64,000 nucleotides of DNA from positions 689-64,688 of the forward strand of contig CANFWH010000008.1 of NCBI GenBank assembly GCA_947450645.1. Reading direction: 5' to 3'. This document shows, one piece after another, positions 32,003-42,774 of this stretch; position 1 is the first letter of the stretch; each line of letters starts with the position of its first letter. The notes under the pieces were generated by a model. The model had not been told where the DNA came from. It saw only the letters and a program-made list of their open reading frames with translations, and ran no database searches. The position numbers and the translations under genes were made by a program. Source of the DNA: Comamonadaceae bacterium (GTDB lineage: Bacteria; Pseudomonadota; Gammaproteobacteria; Burkholderiales; Burkholderiaceae_C).

Positions 32003-32608
32003 ATGAATACTGCTGAAGCAAAACGAATTTTGGAAGCGGCGCTGCTGTGCGCGCAAGCACCGATGACGGTGCCTCATTTGCTGCCGCTGTTTGATGACAA
32101 TTTAACCGCAGACTCGATCAAGTTAATTCTTGCAGAGCTGCAATTGGATTGGGCCCAAGGCGGACTCGATTTGGTTTGCGTCGCCAATGGCTGGCGCTTT
32201 CAAAGCAAGCCTGAGCTAAAGCATTATTTGGATCGTTTAAATCCCGAGAAGCCACCGCGTTATTCGCGGGCTAGTCTTGAGACGCTGGCCATCATTGCGT
32301 ATCGCCAGCCTGTCACGCGCGGTGATATTGAAGACATTCGCGGCGTGACGGTGAACTCGCTCACGATTAAGCAATTAGAAGACCGCGGCTGGATTGAGGT
32401 GATTGGACACCGCGAAACCGTGGGTCGCCCCGCTTTGTTTGCGACGACTAAGCAATTTTTAGATGATTTGGGATTAGCGTCGCTCGCCCAACTACCGATT
32501 AATGAAGATGGCGATGAAATGCCGAATTTAGATTTACTTGAACACTTACCAGATCAACCCGAACTGGCGCCACAACCCGAATTACCCGAGAACCCTGAGA
32601 CCTTATGA
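32003..32608 (+). CDS. scpB: Segregation and condensation protein ScpB
   Basis: 201 aa. [23 protein letters not shown] ... GRPALFATT. Confidence 0.9.
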   Translation: MNTAEAKRILEAALLCAQAPMTVPHLLPLFDDNLTADSIKLILAELQLDWAQGGLDLVCVANGWRFQSKPELKHYLDRLNPEKPPRYSRASLETLAIIAYRQPVTRGDIEDIRGVTVNSLTIKQLEDRGWIEVIGHRETVGRPALFATTKQFLDDLGLASLAQLPINEDGDEMPNLDLLEHLPDQPELAPQPELPENPETL

Positions 32609-34272
32609 ACAACGAACAATCCCACGAGCCAATCCCAATGGATCTTCCCGAGCATGATGCGCCAGAAGCCACGATCGATATGGCTTCCGAGAACGATGCC
32701 GCGCCAGAGCAGGCTGGACAAGCCTCTGCAGCACCCGCAGAGCCTATTCCTGCCGCACCGATTCCCGTGTTTGAGTTGGACGACATCGTCAGTGGACGCT
32801 TTGACGAAGAACAAGCCAGCGAAGAGGTCCTCATTCCAGGCAAGCGAGTTTTAGCGCCCGAAGTCGAATCACCCAAGCTGCACAAAATCCTCGCGCAAGC
32901 GGGGCTCGGCTCACGCCTTGAGATGGAGCAAATGATCGTCGAGGGGCGCATCACGGTTAACAAAGAGCCTGCGCATATTGGGATGCGGATTCAATACGGC
33001 GATCAAATTACGGTCAACGGCAAGCCGATCAAAGTGCGCATTGATCCGCCGCCAGCGCGCATCTTGGCGTACCACAAGCCTGCGGGCGAAGTCGTCACGC
33101 ATGACGATCCGCAAAATCGCCCCACCGTTTTTCGCCGCTTGCCCAAGCTGTATCAAGGCAAATGGCAATCGGTCGGTCGTCTTGACTTGAACACCGAAGG
33201 GCTGCTCTTGTTTACCAGCTCAGGCGAATTGGCGAACCGCCTGACGCACCCGCGTTTTGGCTTAGAGCGTGAATACGCCGTGCGCGTTTTGGGCGCTTTG
33301 TCTAATGAAGAAAAACAACAATTGCTAGACGGCGTGATGCTGGATGACGGCCTTGCTCAGTTTGGCTCGATTGAAGATGGCGGCGGCGAAGGCGCGAACT
33401 GCTGGTACCGCGTGACGATTTCTGAAGGACGTAACCGCGAAGTGCGCCGTATGGTGGAGTCGCTGGGTCATGCGGTGAGTCGCTTGATTCGTATTCGTTA
33501 TGGCACGATGCTCTTGCCAAAAGGTCTCAAGCGCGGATTTTGGATGGAACTCGATGAAGCCGACGTTCGGGCGCTGCAAAACGCCTCGGGCGGTGCGCCC
33601 AAGCGTGCAGATGGCGAGGGCGCAGCCCTGCGCTCCCGCGCAGGCAATGGACGCAATGACCTACGCGGCGCACAGCGTAGTCGCGGGGGCTTACGCGGCC
33701 CAGGTGCGGGCAATGCGGGCGGCGATGGCAGAGGCCGTGGCAGCCCAGATCGCGGCGGCTACAAAGGAAACACGCCAAGGCCTGATAACCGCAATACGCC
33801 GCGCCCAACCGCGCCAGGCGAGGGTGGTGGACGCGGTAGTTACGGTGGCAATTCGGGTGGTCACTCAGGCGGTAACTCTTTTGACGGCGACGGCATTAAC
33901 AATGATCGTTTGCCAAGTGGCATTAATCCTGAGCGCACGATGATGGATTTCAAGCGTCAAGCCTTTGGTGGCGGTAACGGTGGCGGTGGCCAAGGTCGCG
34001 GACGTGCTGGCGGTGGAGGCTTTGGTGGCGGTGCGGGACAAGGCCGTGGTCGCGGCGGTAATTCTGGCGGCGGGGGCGGTAGTGGCCCGCGCGATGGCGG
34101 CGGTAACGGTGGTCAGCCAGATCCGATGCGCACCTCGTTTGGCTATATCGGCGGCGATAGTTTGCAGCGTCAACGCTCTGCACCTAACCCAGGTGGCGGC
34201 GGTCGAGGCGGCAATCGCGGTGGTTCAGGTAACAGCTCAAATGGCGGGGGCGGCAGAGGCCGCACACGTTAA
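32605..34272 (+). CDS. rluB: 23S rRNA pseudouridine synthase RluB with long acidic N-terminal and Arg/Gly-rich C-terminal extensions
   Basis: S4 domain ([14 protein letters not shown]) and an RsuA/RluB catalytic core ([14 protein letters not shown] ... GRNREVRRM). The core is flanked by about 90 acidic/Pro-rich residues and about 240 residues of RGG/GGN low complexity. Confidence 0.9.
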   Translation: MNNEQSHEPIPMDLPEHDAPEATIDMASENDAAPEQAGQASAAPAEPIPAAPIPVFELDDIVSGRFDEEQASEEVLIPGKRVLAPEVESPKLHKILAQAGLGSRLEMEQMIVEGRITVNKEPAHIGMRIQYGDQITVNGKPIKVRIDPPPARILAYHKPAGEVVTHDDPQNRPTVFRRLPKLYQGKWQSVGRLDLNTEGLLLFTSSGELANRLTHPRFGLEREYAVRVLGALSNEEKQQLLDGVMLDDGLAQFGSIEDGGGEGANCWYRVTISEGRNREVRRMVESLGHAVSRLIRIRYGTMLLPKGLKRGFWMELDEADVRALQNASGGAPKRADGEGAALRSRAGNGRNDLRGAQRSRGGLRGPGAGNAGGDGRGRGSPDRGGYKGNTPRPDNRNTPRPTAPGEGGGRGSYGGNSGGHSGGNSFDGDGINNDRLPSGINPERTMMDFKRQAFGGGNGGGGQGRGRAGGGGFGGGAGQGRGRGGNSGGGGGSGPRDGGGNGGQPDPMRTSFGYIGGDSLQRQRSAPNPGGGGRGGNRGGSGNSSNGGGGRGRTR

Positions 34273-34325
34273 AATCAGCAGGTTGTTTTTTCAGGCAATA
34301 TTTTTTATTTTTCTAGGACTTTTAA

Positions 34326-34751
34326 ATGGCTATCGAACGCACTCTCTCTATCATCAAACCTGACGCAGTTGCAAAAAACGTGATCGGTCAAATTTACGCA
34401 CGTTTTGAAGGCGCTGGCCTCAAAGTTGTGGCGGCTCGTATGGCACATCTCTCACGCTTGGAAGCGGAAGCTTTCTACGGCGTTCACAAAGCACGTCCTT
34501 TCTTCAATGACCTCGTGTCGTTCATGATTTCTGGCCCCGTGATGATTCAAGCTTTAGAAGGCGAAGGCGCTATCTTGAAAAACCGTGACCTGATGGGCGC
34601 GACGGATCCAAAGAAGGCCGACAAAGGCACGATTCGCGCTGATTTTGCTGACAGCATCGACGCTAATGCCGTTCACGGTTCTGATGCAGCTGACACCGCT
34701 GCTGCTGAGATCGCTTTCTTCTTTCCTGGTATGAACGTGTTCGCGCGTTAA
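34326..34751 (+). CDS. ndk: Nucleoside-diphosphate kinase
   Basis: 141 aa. [15 protein letters not shown] ... NAVHGSD. Confidence 0.97.
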   Translation: MAIERTLSIIKPDAVAKNVIGQIYARFEGAGLKVVAARMAHLSRLEAEAFYGVHKARPFFNDLVSFMISGPVMIQALEGEGAILKNRDLMGATDPKKADKGTIRADFADSIDANAVHGSDAADTAAAEIAFFFPGMNVFAR

Positions 34752-34780
34752 TTGCTAGCAACTCAACTTTGTAACTGACT

Positions 34781-35908
34781 ATGACTTCGGCCAACCTGCT
34801 GGATTTTGATCTCGATGGCTTGGCCGATTTTTGTGAAAAATTAGGCGAAAAGCGTTTCCGAGCAACGCAACTGTATCGCTGGATTCACCAGCGCGGCGTA
34901 TCCAATTTTGATGATATGACAGACATCGCGAAATCATTTCGCGAAAAATTAAAAACGAGCTCTCGAATTGAGGGACTTAAAGTTTTGAGCCGCCACACCT
35001 CGGCAGATGGCACGATCAAGTGGCTGTTTGATATGGGTGCTGGCGATGCAATCGAAGCCGTCTACATTCCAGAAGATGACCGTGCCACGCTGTGTATTTC
35101 TAGCCAAGCGGGCTGTGCCGTTGGCTGTCGTTTTTGCTCCACTGGGCACCAAGGCTTTAGCCGCAATTTGACCACGGCCGAGATCATCGGGCAGCTTTGG
35201 TTTGTCGAGCATTTGCTTCGTGCCGAGTTGCAAAGCGATGATCGTAAGGTGGACGAACGTGTCATCTCTAACGTGGTGATGATGGGCATGGGTGAGCCGC
35301 TGCAAAATTATTCGAACTTGATTCCTGCACTCAAGACCATGCTGTCCGATCATGCTTATGGCCTCTCGCGTCGTCGTGTCACGGTGTCCACATCGGGCGT
35401 CGTACCTATGATTGACCGTTTGGCACAGGATTGCCCAGTGTCTTTAGCGGTCTCGATTCATGCTGCTAACGACAAGTTACGCGATAGCTTGGTGCCTATC
35501 AATCAAAAATACCCACTCAAAGAACTCATCGCGGCTTGCCAGCGTTATTTGCCAACTGCCCCACGTGATTTTTTAACGATTGAATACTGCATGCTCGCAG
35601 GCGTGAACGATCAGCCCGAGCACGCCAGAGCGCTGGCACAAATGCTGAACGTGCTGCCTTGCAAAATCAATTTAATTCCATTCAATCCATTTCCTGCGTC
35701 GGGTCTCAAGCGCTCTGCTGCTGATGTCGTGAAAAAATTTGCGCAACTGTTAACAGGCGCTGGGTACATCACAACGATTCGCAAAACACGCGGAGACGAT
35801 ATTGATGCGGCTTGCGGGCAATTGGCTGGTGAAGTCCAAGACCGAACCGACGCTGCTGTACGCATGCAAGAGCGCAGAACCATCATGATGAAAGAGTCAA
35901 ATGAGTGA
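34781..35908 (+). CDS. rlmN: 23S rRNA (A2503-C2)/tRNA methyltransferase RlmN (radical SAM)
   Basis: 375 aa. Radical SAM motif [12 protein letters not shown] and C-terminal DIDAACGQL. Confidence 0.95.
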   Translation: MTSANLLDFDLDGLADFCEKLGEKRFRATQLYRWIHQRGVSNFDDMTDIAKSFREKLKTSSRIEGLKVLSRHTSADGTIKWLFDMGAGDAIEAVYIPEDDRATLCISSQAGCAVGCRFCSTGHQGFSRNLTTAEIIGQLWFVEHLLRAELQSDDRKVDERVISNVVMMGMGEPLQNYSNLIPALKTMLSDHAYGLSRRRVTVSTSGVVPMIDRLAQDCPVSLAVSIHAANDKLRDSLVPINQKYPLKELIAACQRYLPTAPRDFLTIEYCMLAGVNDQPEHARALAQMLNVLPCKINLIPFNPFPASGLKRSAADVVKKFAQLLTGAGYITTIRKTRGDDIDAACGQLAGEVQDRTDAAVRMQERRTIMMKESNE

Positions 35909-36836
35909 GATTAATACTGTAGTGGGCACATTGCCTGAAGACGACCACACATCTGAAGTAACAGAGATCGCAGCACCTGTTGCCGAAGCTGATTCTCAAG
36001 TCTCAGCTGGACAGATGTTACGTGAGGCGCGTCTCGCCTCGGGCATACATATTGGTACTTTGTCGCTTGCGCTGAAAGTGCCAGTCAAAAAATTAGAAGC
36101 GTTGGAGGCCGATGATTGGGCGCAGCTGCCAGACGCCGTGTTTGTGAGGGCTCTTGCCACCAGTGTTTGCAGACAAATTAAAGCCGACAGTGCGCCCATT
36201 TTGGCTGCCATGCCTCAAAATGTGAGCACTACGATTTTGGACGATAAAGAAAGGGCAGGACTGAATCAGCCGTTTCGCTCTCCAAGCGATGCCAAGTTTT
36301 CTCGTATGCATTTGCCTGCTTTATCGATGCCTATGATTGCAGGTGCTGCGGTATTGTTGCTGGCGGCTTTGTTGCTGATTTTTTTGCCTGATTTTGTCAA
36401 ACAACAAAATAGCAAAAAAGCAGAAGTCATTGAAAAAATAGAGCCTGTTACCACAGCAGAATCAGCCGCAGTAGCGGTAGCGGTCGGCACGATGGTCTCT
36501 GCGCCAGTGCCGGTTGTTGTGGCTTCCAATCCTGTTGCGCCTATGTCGGGACCAGTCGCAGCGGCAGCTACTGTTTCCGCTGCTTTGCCTTCGGGCATCT
36601 CTATTTTGCGCCTGGTGGCAAAAGGTGAAGTCTGGGTTGAAGTGAAAGACTCTAAAGGTGTGACGCTTGTACAGCGAACAATGCAACCCAAAGAGATGGT
36701 AAACGCTTTTGGTACACCACCACTTTCCGTTGTGGTGGGGCGTATCAATGAAATGCAATCAGTTGAAGTGCGTGGCAAACCTTTTAGCCTTGCAGGGATG
36801 TCGCCTGACAACGTTGCGCGATTTGAGGTGAAGTAG
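35901..36836 (+). CDS. rodZ: RodZ-like cytoskeleton protein (HTH plus TM plus DUF4115)
   Basis: N-terminal XRE-type HTH ([33 protein letters not shown]), one TM segment, an Ala/Val/Pro-rich linker, and a C-terminal DUF4115-like domain. It has the conserved position between rlmN and ispG. Confidence 0.75.
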   Translation: MSEINTVVGTLPEDDHTSEVTEIAAPVAEADSQVSAGQMLREARLASGIHIGTLSLALKVPVKKLEALEADDWAQLPDAVFVRALATSVCRQIKADSAPILAAMPQNVSTTILDDKERAGLNQPFRSPSDAKFSRMHLPALSMPMIAGAAVLLLAALLLIFLPDFVKQQNSKKAEVIEKIEPVTTAESAAVAVAVGTMVSAPVPVVVASNPVAPMSGPVAAAATVSAALPSGISILRLVAKGEVWVEVKDSKGVTLVQRTMQPKEMVNAFGTPPLSVVVGRINEMQSVEVRGKPFSLAGMSPDNVARFEVK

Positions 36837-36839
36837 CTG

Positions 36840-38057
36840 ATGGCGAGTAAGCTGCAAGCTAAGGTGGTATGGGGCTCGCGTGTGATCACCGTGGGCGGCG
36901 ATGCGCCTGTGCGTATTCAGTCGATGACGAATACAGATACGGTGGACGCTATTGGCACAGCCATTCAAGTCAAAGAATTGGCGCTGGCAGGCTCCGAGAT
37001 GGTGCGCATCACGGTTAATACACCTGAAGCCGCAGCAGCTGTGCCGCACATCCGTGAGCAGCTAGACCGCATGGGTATTGACGTGCCGTTGATTGGTGAT
37101 TTTCATTACAACGGCCACACATTGCTGACGCAGTACCCTGATTGCGCTAGAGCGCTCTCCAAATACCGCATCAACCCAGGTAATGTTGGCAAAGGTGAAA
37201 AGCGCGATCGCCAATTTGGTCAAATGATTGAAGCGGCATTGCGCTGGGACAAACCTGTTCGTATTGGCGTCAATTGGGGATCGCTCGATCAAGAATTACT
37301 TGCCAGCATGATGGATGAGAACAGCGCACGCTCAGAGCCGTGGGATGCGAGCAAAGTGATGACTGAGGCTCTCATTGGCTCAGCATTGGGGTCTGCCACC
37401 GAAGCTGTGCGTTTAGGTATGAATCCTGCGCAAATTTTGCTGTCGTGCAAGGTCTCCAACGTGCAAGATTTAGTTCGCGTCTATCAAGAGCTAGCCAAGC
37501 GTTGCGATTATCCGCTGCATCTTGGTTTGACTGAGGCGGGCATGGGTACCAAGGGTACGGTTGCGTCTGCCGCCGCGCTGGCGGTATTGCTCCAGCAAGG
37601 CATTGGTGACACGATTCGCGTCTCGCTCACACCCGCACCTGGTGAAGCGCGTACGCAAGAAGTGGTTGTGGCTGCTGAGATTTTGCAATCCCTAGGCTTT
37701 AGAAGCTTCGCTCCTAGCGTGACGGCTTGCCCAGGATGCGGGCGCACAACCAGCACCACGTTTCAAGAGCTCACGCAACAAATTGATAATTTCTTGAGAG
37801 CGCAAATGCCGGTATGGAAAACCCAATATGCAGGTGTTGAAAGCATGAAAGTCGCCGTCATGGGCTGCATCGTGAATGGACCTGGTGAGAGCAAACATGC
37901 GGATATCGGAATTAGCCTGCCGGGTACGGGAGAAGCTCCCGCAGCCCCCGTGTTTATTGACGGTTCAAAGGCGATGACGCTGCGCGGCGAGCGCATTGCC
38001 GAAGAGTTTCAAGTGGTAGTAGAGAATTACATTGCGAAGCGTTATGGACAAAAATAA
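36840..38057 (+). CDS. ispG: 4-hydroxy-3-methylbut-2-en-1-yl diphosphate synthase
   Basis: 405 aa. IQSMTNTDT ... RINPGN ... ACPGCGRT ... [10 protein letters not shown]. Confidence 0.95.
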   Translation: MASKLQAKVVWGSRVITVGGDAPVRIQSMTNTDTVDAIGTAIQVKELALAGSEMVRITVNTPEAAAAVPHIREQLDRMGIDVPLIGDFHYNGHTLLTQYPDCARALSKYRINPGNVGKGEKRDRQFGQMIEAALRWDKPVRIGVNWGSLDQELLASMMDENSARSEPWDASKVMTEALIGSALGSATEAVRLGMNPAQILLSCKVSNVQDLVRVYQELAKRCDYPLHLGLTEAGMGTKGTVASAAALAVLLQQGIGDTIRVSLTPAPGEARTQEVVVAAEILQSLGFRSFAPSVTACPGCGRTTSTTFQELTQQIDNFLRAQMPVWKTQYAGVESMKVAVMGCIVNGPGESKHADIGISLPGTGEAPAAPVFIDGSKAMTLRGERIAEEFQVVVENYIAKRYGQK

Positions 38058-39348
38058 AATCCTCGCTATCAAAGGGATGAATGACATCTTGCCAGACACC
38101 AGCGGGCAATGGGAATGGTTGGAGGAAAAGGTTCGCTCTGTGATGTCTCGTTTTGCTTACCGTAACATTCGCACACCGATTGTGGAATCTACCCATTTGT
38201 TTGTGCGCGGTCTGGGCGATGTGACTGATATTGTCGAGAAGGAGATGTATTCCTTTGAAGACAAGATGAATGGTGACGCCTTAACGCTTCGTCCTGAAAA
38301 CACGGCAGGTGTGGTTCGTGCCGCAATTGAGCACAACATGCTCTATGACGCACCGCGTCGCTTGTACTACATGGGGCCGATGTTTAGGCATGAGCGTCCG
38401 CAGCGTGGTCGCTATCGCCAATTCCATCAAATCGGTGCTGAAGCCCTAGGTTTTGGTGGTGCGGAAGTAGATGCTGAAATGATCTTGCTTGCTGATACGC
38501 TGTGGCGTGATTTAGGCTTTACGCAAGGCACGGATTATCATTTAGAGATCGGAAGCTTGGGGCAGTCTGCCGAGCGCAAAGAGCACCGCACAGCATTGAT
38601 CGCCTATTTCGAGCAACATCAAGATGTACTCGATGCAGAGGCGCTGCGCCGCTTGCACACCAATCCACTGCGCATTTTGGACACTAAAAATCCTGCGATG
38701 CAAACCTTAGTGGAAGCGGCTCCAAAGCTTATGGATTACTTGGGTGATGCTTCTATGAGGCACTTCAAAAGTGTTTGCCAAATTTTGGAAGCGAATGGCA
38801 TTGCGTACACGATCAACCCACGCCTTGTCCGCGGCATGGACTATTACAACCTTACCGTGTTCGAATTTGTAACGCCGCATTTGGGTTCGCAAGGTACGAT
38901 TTGCGGCGGTGGGCGCTATGACGACTTGATGGCACAAATGGGCGGAAAAGCCTCGCCAGCCGTGGGCTGGGCACTTGGTGTGGAGCGCGTGCTTGAGCTA
39001 TTGAAGGAGCTTAAACTGCAAGTTCCAGCGCTTGCGCCAGATGCCTACGCCGTCATTCCAGATTTGGAAAATGTACAGCGTGTCATCCCTGTTTTACAAG
39101 CCTTGCGCCGTGCGAGTATCTCGGTTCAAATGCATGCCAGCACAACAGGTGCGGATGGCAACGCGGCGATGGCGAGTTTTAAATCGCAATTTAAACGTGC
39201 AGATACATGCGGCGCAAGATTTGCACTAGTCTTTGGTGCAGATGAACTCGCGGACAATAGCGTCTCTGTTAAGCCTATGCGTGGTGGCGAGCAACAAACA
39301 TTTCCGCTTGGCGACTTAGGTTCGCTCATTTCATTTCTTAAAAACTAA
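38044..39348 (+). CDS. hisS: Histidine--tRNA ligase
   Basis: [17 protein letters not shown] aligns residue for residue with the E. coli HisS N-terminus (MAKNIQAIRGMNDYLP). Class II motifs are present. The ORF-track start at 38032 adds 4 codons. Confidence 0.92.
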   Translation: MDKNKILAIKGMNDILPDTSGQWEWLEEKVRSVMSRFAYRNIRTPIVESTHLFVRGLGDVTDIVEKEMYSFEDKMNGDALTLRPENTAGVVRAAIEHNMLYDAPRRLYYMGPMFRHERPQRGRYRQFHQIGAEALGFGGAEVDAEMILLADTLWRDLGFTQGTDYHLEIGSLGQSAERKEHRTALIAYFEQHQDVLDAEALRRLHTNPLRILDTKNPAMQTLVEAAPKLMDYLGDASMRHFKSVCQILEANGIAYTINPRLVRGMDYYNLTVFEFVTPHLGSQGTICGGGRYDDLMAQMGGKASPAVGWALGVERVLELLKELKLQVPALAPDAYAVIPDLENVQRVIPVLQALRRASISVQMHASTTGADGNAAMASFKSQFKRADTCGARFALVFGADELADNSVSVKPMRGGEQQTFPLGDLGSLISFLKN

Positions 39349-39363
39349 TCAAGTAAATACATC

Positions 39364-40020
39364 ATGGCGACACAGCATCTCGACCTCGACGAACAAGAGC
39401 AACTGGCAACACTCAAGCATTTTTGGGATCAGTACGGACGTATTGTGATGGCTGTATTGACGGTGCTTGCGCTGTCATATGCAGGATGGATCGCTTGGAA
39501 CACTTGGCAAGCGGGATTAGAGCAAAAATCGGCTGTACGGTTTGATGAAATGAACCGTGCTGTTGCTTTAAATGACATCTCCAAAATCGACCTCGTGTTT
39601 GCTGATATGAAAGATCAGTTTGGTGCGACCAGCTATACCTCACAAGCGGCGCTATTGGATGCACGTATGAATTATGAAAAAGGCAATGTCAATGCCGCAA
39701 AAGCTGCGCTGCAATGGCTGGTAGATAGCAGCGCTGAAGCGGCTTACAAAGACGTCGCGCGTTTGCGCCTAGGCGGTGTGCTTATTGAAGCCAAGCAATA
39801 CGATGACGCCATCAAACTACTGTCGGCTGACATTAGTAAACCCTTTGTTGCATTGGCTGCAGACCGTATAGGCGATGCGTATAGCCTGCAAAATAAAACT
39901 GAGGAAGCTAAGTCGCAATATCTAAAAGCTTATGCTGGGTTGCCTGCCACGGATGAATACCGCAAGATGATTGATGTGAAATTGGCGCGCATGGGCGTGA
40001 CGGCTAAGGACGCACCATGA
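39364..40020 (+). CDS. yfgM: YfgM family protein (membrane-anchored TPR-like)
   Basis: 218 aa with an N-terminal TM anchor after a short cytoplasmic segment and a TPR-like body. It has the conserved hisS-yfgM-bamB-der order. Confidence 0.75.
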   Translation: MATQHLDLDEQEQLATLKHFWDQYGRIVMAVLTVLALSYAGWIAWNTWQAGLEQKSAVRFDEMNRAVALNDISKIDLVFADMKDQFGATSYTSQAALLDARMNYEKGNVNAAKAALQWLVDSSAEAAYKDVARLRLGGVLIEAKQYDDAIKLLSADISKPFVALAADRIGDAYSLQNKTEEAKSQYLKAYAGLPATDEYRKMIDVKLARMGVTAKDAP

Positions 40021-41153
40021 GTTTTAAGCTGCGCTTGGGTGTTTGGTTGATCTTACTGATCGGTTTGACTGCTTGCAGTAGTAGTCCAAAGCGTGAGCCA
40101 GCTCCTTTGTTGCCCGTTGCTGATGCATTAGGTCTTGGATTGGGGTGGCAAAACACGGTGAGCAGTCGTGTCGAGTTCCCATTGCAACTCAGCGTAGCAG
40201 ATAAAAGCTTGGTTGCAGCCTCTTCGACTGGTACGGTTGTGGTGATGAATGCTGCCACAGGCGCCGATATGTGGCGTGCTCGGGTAGATACTGATTTATC
40301 TTCGGGTGTTGGTTTTGATGGCAAGACAGCCGTTGTGACAACGATTGACAACGAACTCGTGGCGTTTATGATCGGCAGCAAAAATCAGCCTGTCATTGCA
40401 TGGCGGAAAGTGCTGCAAGCCCGTGTTTATACGGCTCCGCTCGTGGCAGGTGGGCGCGTGTTCGTGCTGGCGGGTGACCGAACGGTACAAGCTTTTGATG
40501 CTGTCACAGGTTCTAAATTATGGAGCTTGCAGCGAACTTCCGAACCTCTTATTTTGAGCCAAGCTGGTACGCTTGGTGTTTATAAAAATACATTGCTAGT
40601 TGGTAATTCTGGCCGTTTGCTAGGCGTCAATCCCGATAACGGACAATTGCAATGGGAACTATCCGTAGCGACTAGCCGTGCTACGAACGACATCGAGCGC
40701 TTAATTGATTTGGTGGGCATCCCTAATCGAGTGGGTGATAGCGTGTGCCTGCGGTCTTTTCAAACGAGCGTGGCTTGTGTTGATGTTGCCAAAGGCTTGG
40801 TGATGTGGACCAAACAAACACAAGGGGCAACAGGCGTGTCGGGCGATGCGGCAATGGTGGCATCAACCGAATCAGATGGTCGCATCAAAGCGTGGAATCG
40901 CGCCACGGGCGAGCAACTTTGGGTTAACGAAAAACTAACTTATCGTGGCTTGTCTGCCCCGCTTGTTGTGGGTAATTCTGTCATCGTAGGTGACTCCGAG
41001 GGCTATGTTCATGTGCTCAATAAAGCATCCGGTGAGTTCACTGCACGATTTAAAACAGATGGTGGCGCGATTGTGGCTGCGCCTGTCGTAGTTGGCAATA
41101 CCGTTGTAGTTGCGACGCATAGAGGCGGTATTTTCGCCTTTAGCCCGAGATAA
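40017..41153 (+). CDS. bamB: Outer membrane protein assembly factor BamB
   Basis: Lipobox GLTAC and PQQ-like beta-propeller repeats. Conserved position before der. Confidence 0.9.
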   Translation: MSFKLRLGVWLILLIGLTACSSSPKREPAPLLPVADALGLGLGWQNTVSSRVEFPLQLSVADKSLVAASSTGTVVVMNAATGADMWRARVDTDLSSGVGFDGKTAVVTTIDNELVAFMIGSKNQPVIAWRKVLQARVYTAPLVAGGRVFVLAGDRTVQAFDAVTGSKLWSLQRTSEPLILSQAGTLGVYKNTLLVGNSGRLLGVNPDNGQLQWELSVATSRATNDIERLIDLVGIPNRVGDSVCLRSFQTSVACVDVAKGLVMWTKQTQGATGVSGDAAMVASTESDGRIKAWNRATGEQLWVNEKLTYRGLSAPLVVGNSVIVGDSEGYVHVLNKASGEFTARFKTDGGAIVAAPVVVGNTVVVATHRGGIFAFSPR

Positions 41154-41155
41154 AA

Positions 41156-42502
41156 ATGAAACCAGTCCTAGCCCTTGTCGGGCGTGCCAACGTCGGTAAA
41201 TCGACCCTCTTTAATCGTATGACTAAATCGCGTGATGCGATTGTGGCCGACTTTGCGGGGCTGACACGTGATCGCCACTACGGCACAGGTAGTCAAAGCG
41301 GTTTCGAATACATCGTCATTGACACGGGCGGCTTTGAACCCGATGCCGTAGACGGCATTTATCACGAAATGGCTAAGCAAACGCAGCAAGCCATTGCCGA
41401 AGCCGATGTGGTGATTTTCTTAGTCGATACCCGCGCGGGCATCAATGCCTATGACCACGACATTGCTAAATATCTACGCCGCTTAGGAAAAAAAGTCGTG
41501 CTTACGGCCAATAAGTCGGAAGGCATGAAAGAGGGTGATCAAAAGCTGATTGAATTCTTTGAGCTTGGACTGGGCGAGGTGCATCCCATTTCTGCCGCAC
41601 ATGGACAAGGTATTCGCAGCTTGATCGATTTGGCTGAAGCTATGCTCCCGCCAGAATTGCCCGAGAGTGAAGCGGTTGAAGACGATGGCGTTATCAAACT
41701 CGCCGTCTGCGGTCGTCCGAACGTCGGCAAATCTACTCTCATCAATACATGGCTAGGCGAAGAACGTTTGATTGCGTTTGATATGCCAGGGACAACACGA
41801 GACGCCATCTCAGTGCCCTTCGAGCGCGAAGGGCAGATGTTCTCGCTGATTGACACGGCAGGACTGCGCCGCAAAGGCAAAGTGTTTGAAGCGATTGAAA
41901 AATTTTCGGTGGTTAAAACTTTGCAAGCCATCGAGTCGGCTAACGTCGTGCTTTTGTTATTGGATGCCGCACAAGGCATCTCCGATCAAGACGCGCACAT
42001 TGCGGGCTTCATCTTAGAGAGTGGCCGTGCCTTGGTGGTTGCGGTCAATAAGTGGGATGCCATTGATAAGTACGAGCGCGACATGCTTCAGCGTGCCATC
42101 GAGACACGCCTAGGCTTTTTAAAGTTTGCCAACTTGCATTTGATCTCTGCACAAAAGCGTCAAGGCCTTGGGCCTCTGTGGGGCTCAATTACAGGGGCAT
42201 ACAAAGCGGCTAATCGGAAAATGCCAACGCCGCAGCTCACCAAAATCTTGCTCGAAGCCGTGCAGTTCCAGCCGCCGCAACGTGCGGGTATGTTTAGGCC
42301 AAAGCTGCGTTACGCGCATCAAGGCGGGATGAATCCGCCAATCATCGTGGTTCATGGCAATTCACTCGATCACGTGACGGACTCGTACAAGCGCTACCTT
42401 GAAGGTCGCTTTCGTCAAAAATTTGATTTGATTGGTACACCGCTCAGAGTGCAAATCAAGACTTCTGAAAATCCGTTTGCGGATAAAGATAAGAAAAAAT
42501 AA
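41156..42502 (+). CDS. der: Ribosome biogenesis GTPase Der (EngA)
   Basis: Two tandem GTPase domains (GRANVGKST and GRPNVGKST) plus a KH-like C-terminus. Confidence 0.97.
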   Translation: MKPVLALVGRANVGKSTLFNRMTKSRDAIVADFAGLTRDRHYGTGSQSGFEYIVIDTGGFEPDAVDGIYHEMAKQTQQAIAEADVVIFLVDTRAGINAYDHDIAKYLRRLGKKVVLTANKSEGMKEGDQKLIEFFELGLGEVHPISAAHGQGIRSLIDLAEAMLPPELPESEAVEDDGVIKLAVCGRPNVGKSTLINTWLGEERLIAFDMPGTTRDAISVPFEREGQMFSLIDTAGLRRKGKVFEAIEKFSVVKTLQAIESANVVLLLLDAAQGISDQDAHIAGFILESGRALVVAVNKWDAIDKYERDMLQRAIETRLGFLKFANLHLISAQKRQGLGPLWGSITGAYKAANRKMPTPQLTKILLEAVQFQPPQRAGMFRPKLRYAHQGGMNPPIIVVHGNSLDHVTDSYKRYLEGRFRQKFDLIGTPLRVQIKTSENPFADKDKKK

Positions 42503-42544
42503 GCTGCGTAAGTTTATGTAAACGCCAACCGCTAAAATCAAGAT

Positions 42545-42745
42545 GTTGGTGCTCGCGCAGACTTCAAAACAGCGCAGTTAAACGGGAAGCAGGAGAAGAA
42601 TATCTAACCTGCGCTGCCCCCGCAACGGTAAGCAAAAAACTAAAAACTAGATTTTTGTCAGCCCGGATATCGGCCAACAGCGAGATTGCCGTGGATTCAT
42701 AACCCGCAGCGATCAACAAACCCAAAGACCTGCGGGGACGCTGGT
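42545..42745 (+). promoter_or_regulatory. Cobalamin (B12) riboswitch in the 5' leader of the TonB-dependent receptor gene
   Basis: Conserved core AAACGGGAAGC (42580-42590) and GCTGCCCCCGCAACGGTAAGC (42613-42633). The 8-bp helix CAGCGCAG (42570-77)/CTGCGCTG (42609-16) encloses the GGGAA segment, and a B12-box-like GTCAGCCCGGATATCGGCC lies near 42657. A downstream hairpin CCCGCAG/CTGCGGG (42703-42736) has no U-tract, which suggests translational control. It sits directly upstream of a btuB-like gene. Confidence 0.85.
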
Positions 42746-42774
42746 CAGGGTGCATTCCTCTGTTAGGTTTCCTC

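Noticed and set aside
33500-34363. Several 70-150 aa ORFs in alternative frames and on the opposite strand within the rluB 3' region
   Set aside because: They are artefacts of the GC-rich GGN/CGN repeat that encodes the RGG tail. The rluB frame is continuous from the catalytic domain to the stop.
36266-36889. 207-aa minus-strand ORF (plus 36462..36758 and 36759..37049)
   Set aside because: It is antisense to the Ala/Val/Pro-rich linker of the rodZ-like gene and the ispG start. It is a low-complexity Thr/Ala/Gly translation, and no gene-sized gap is left for it.
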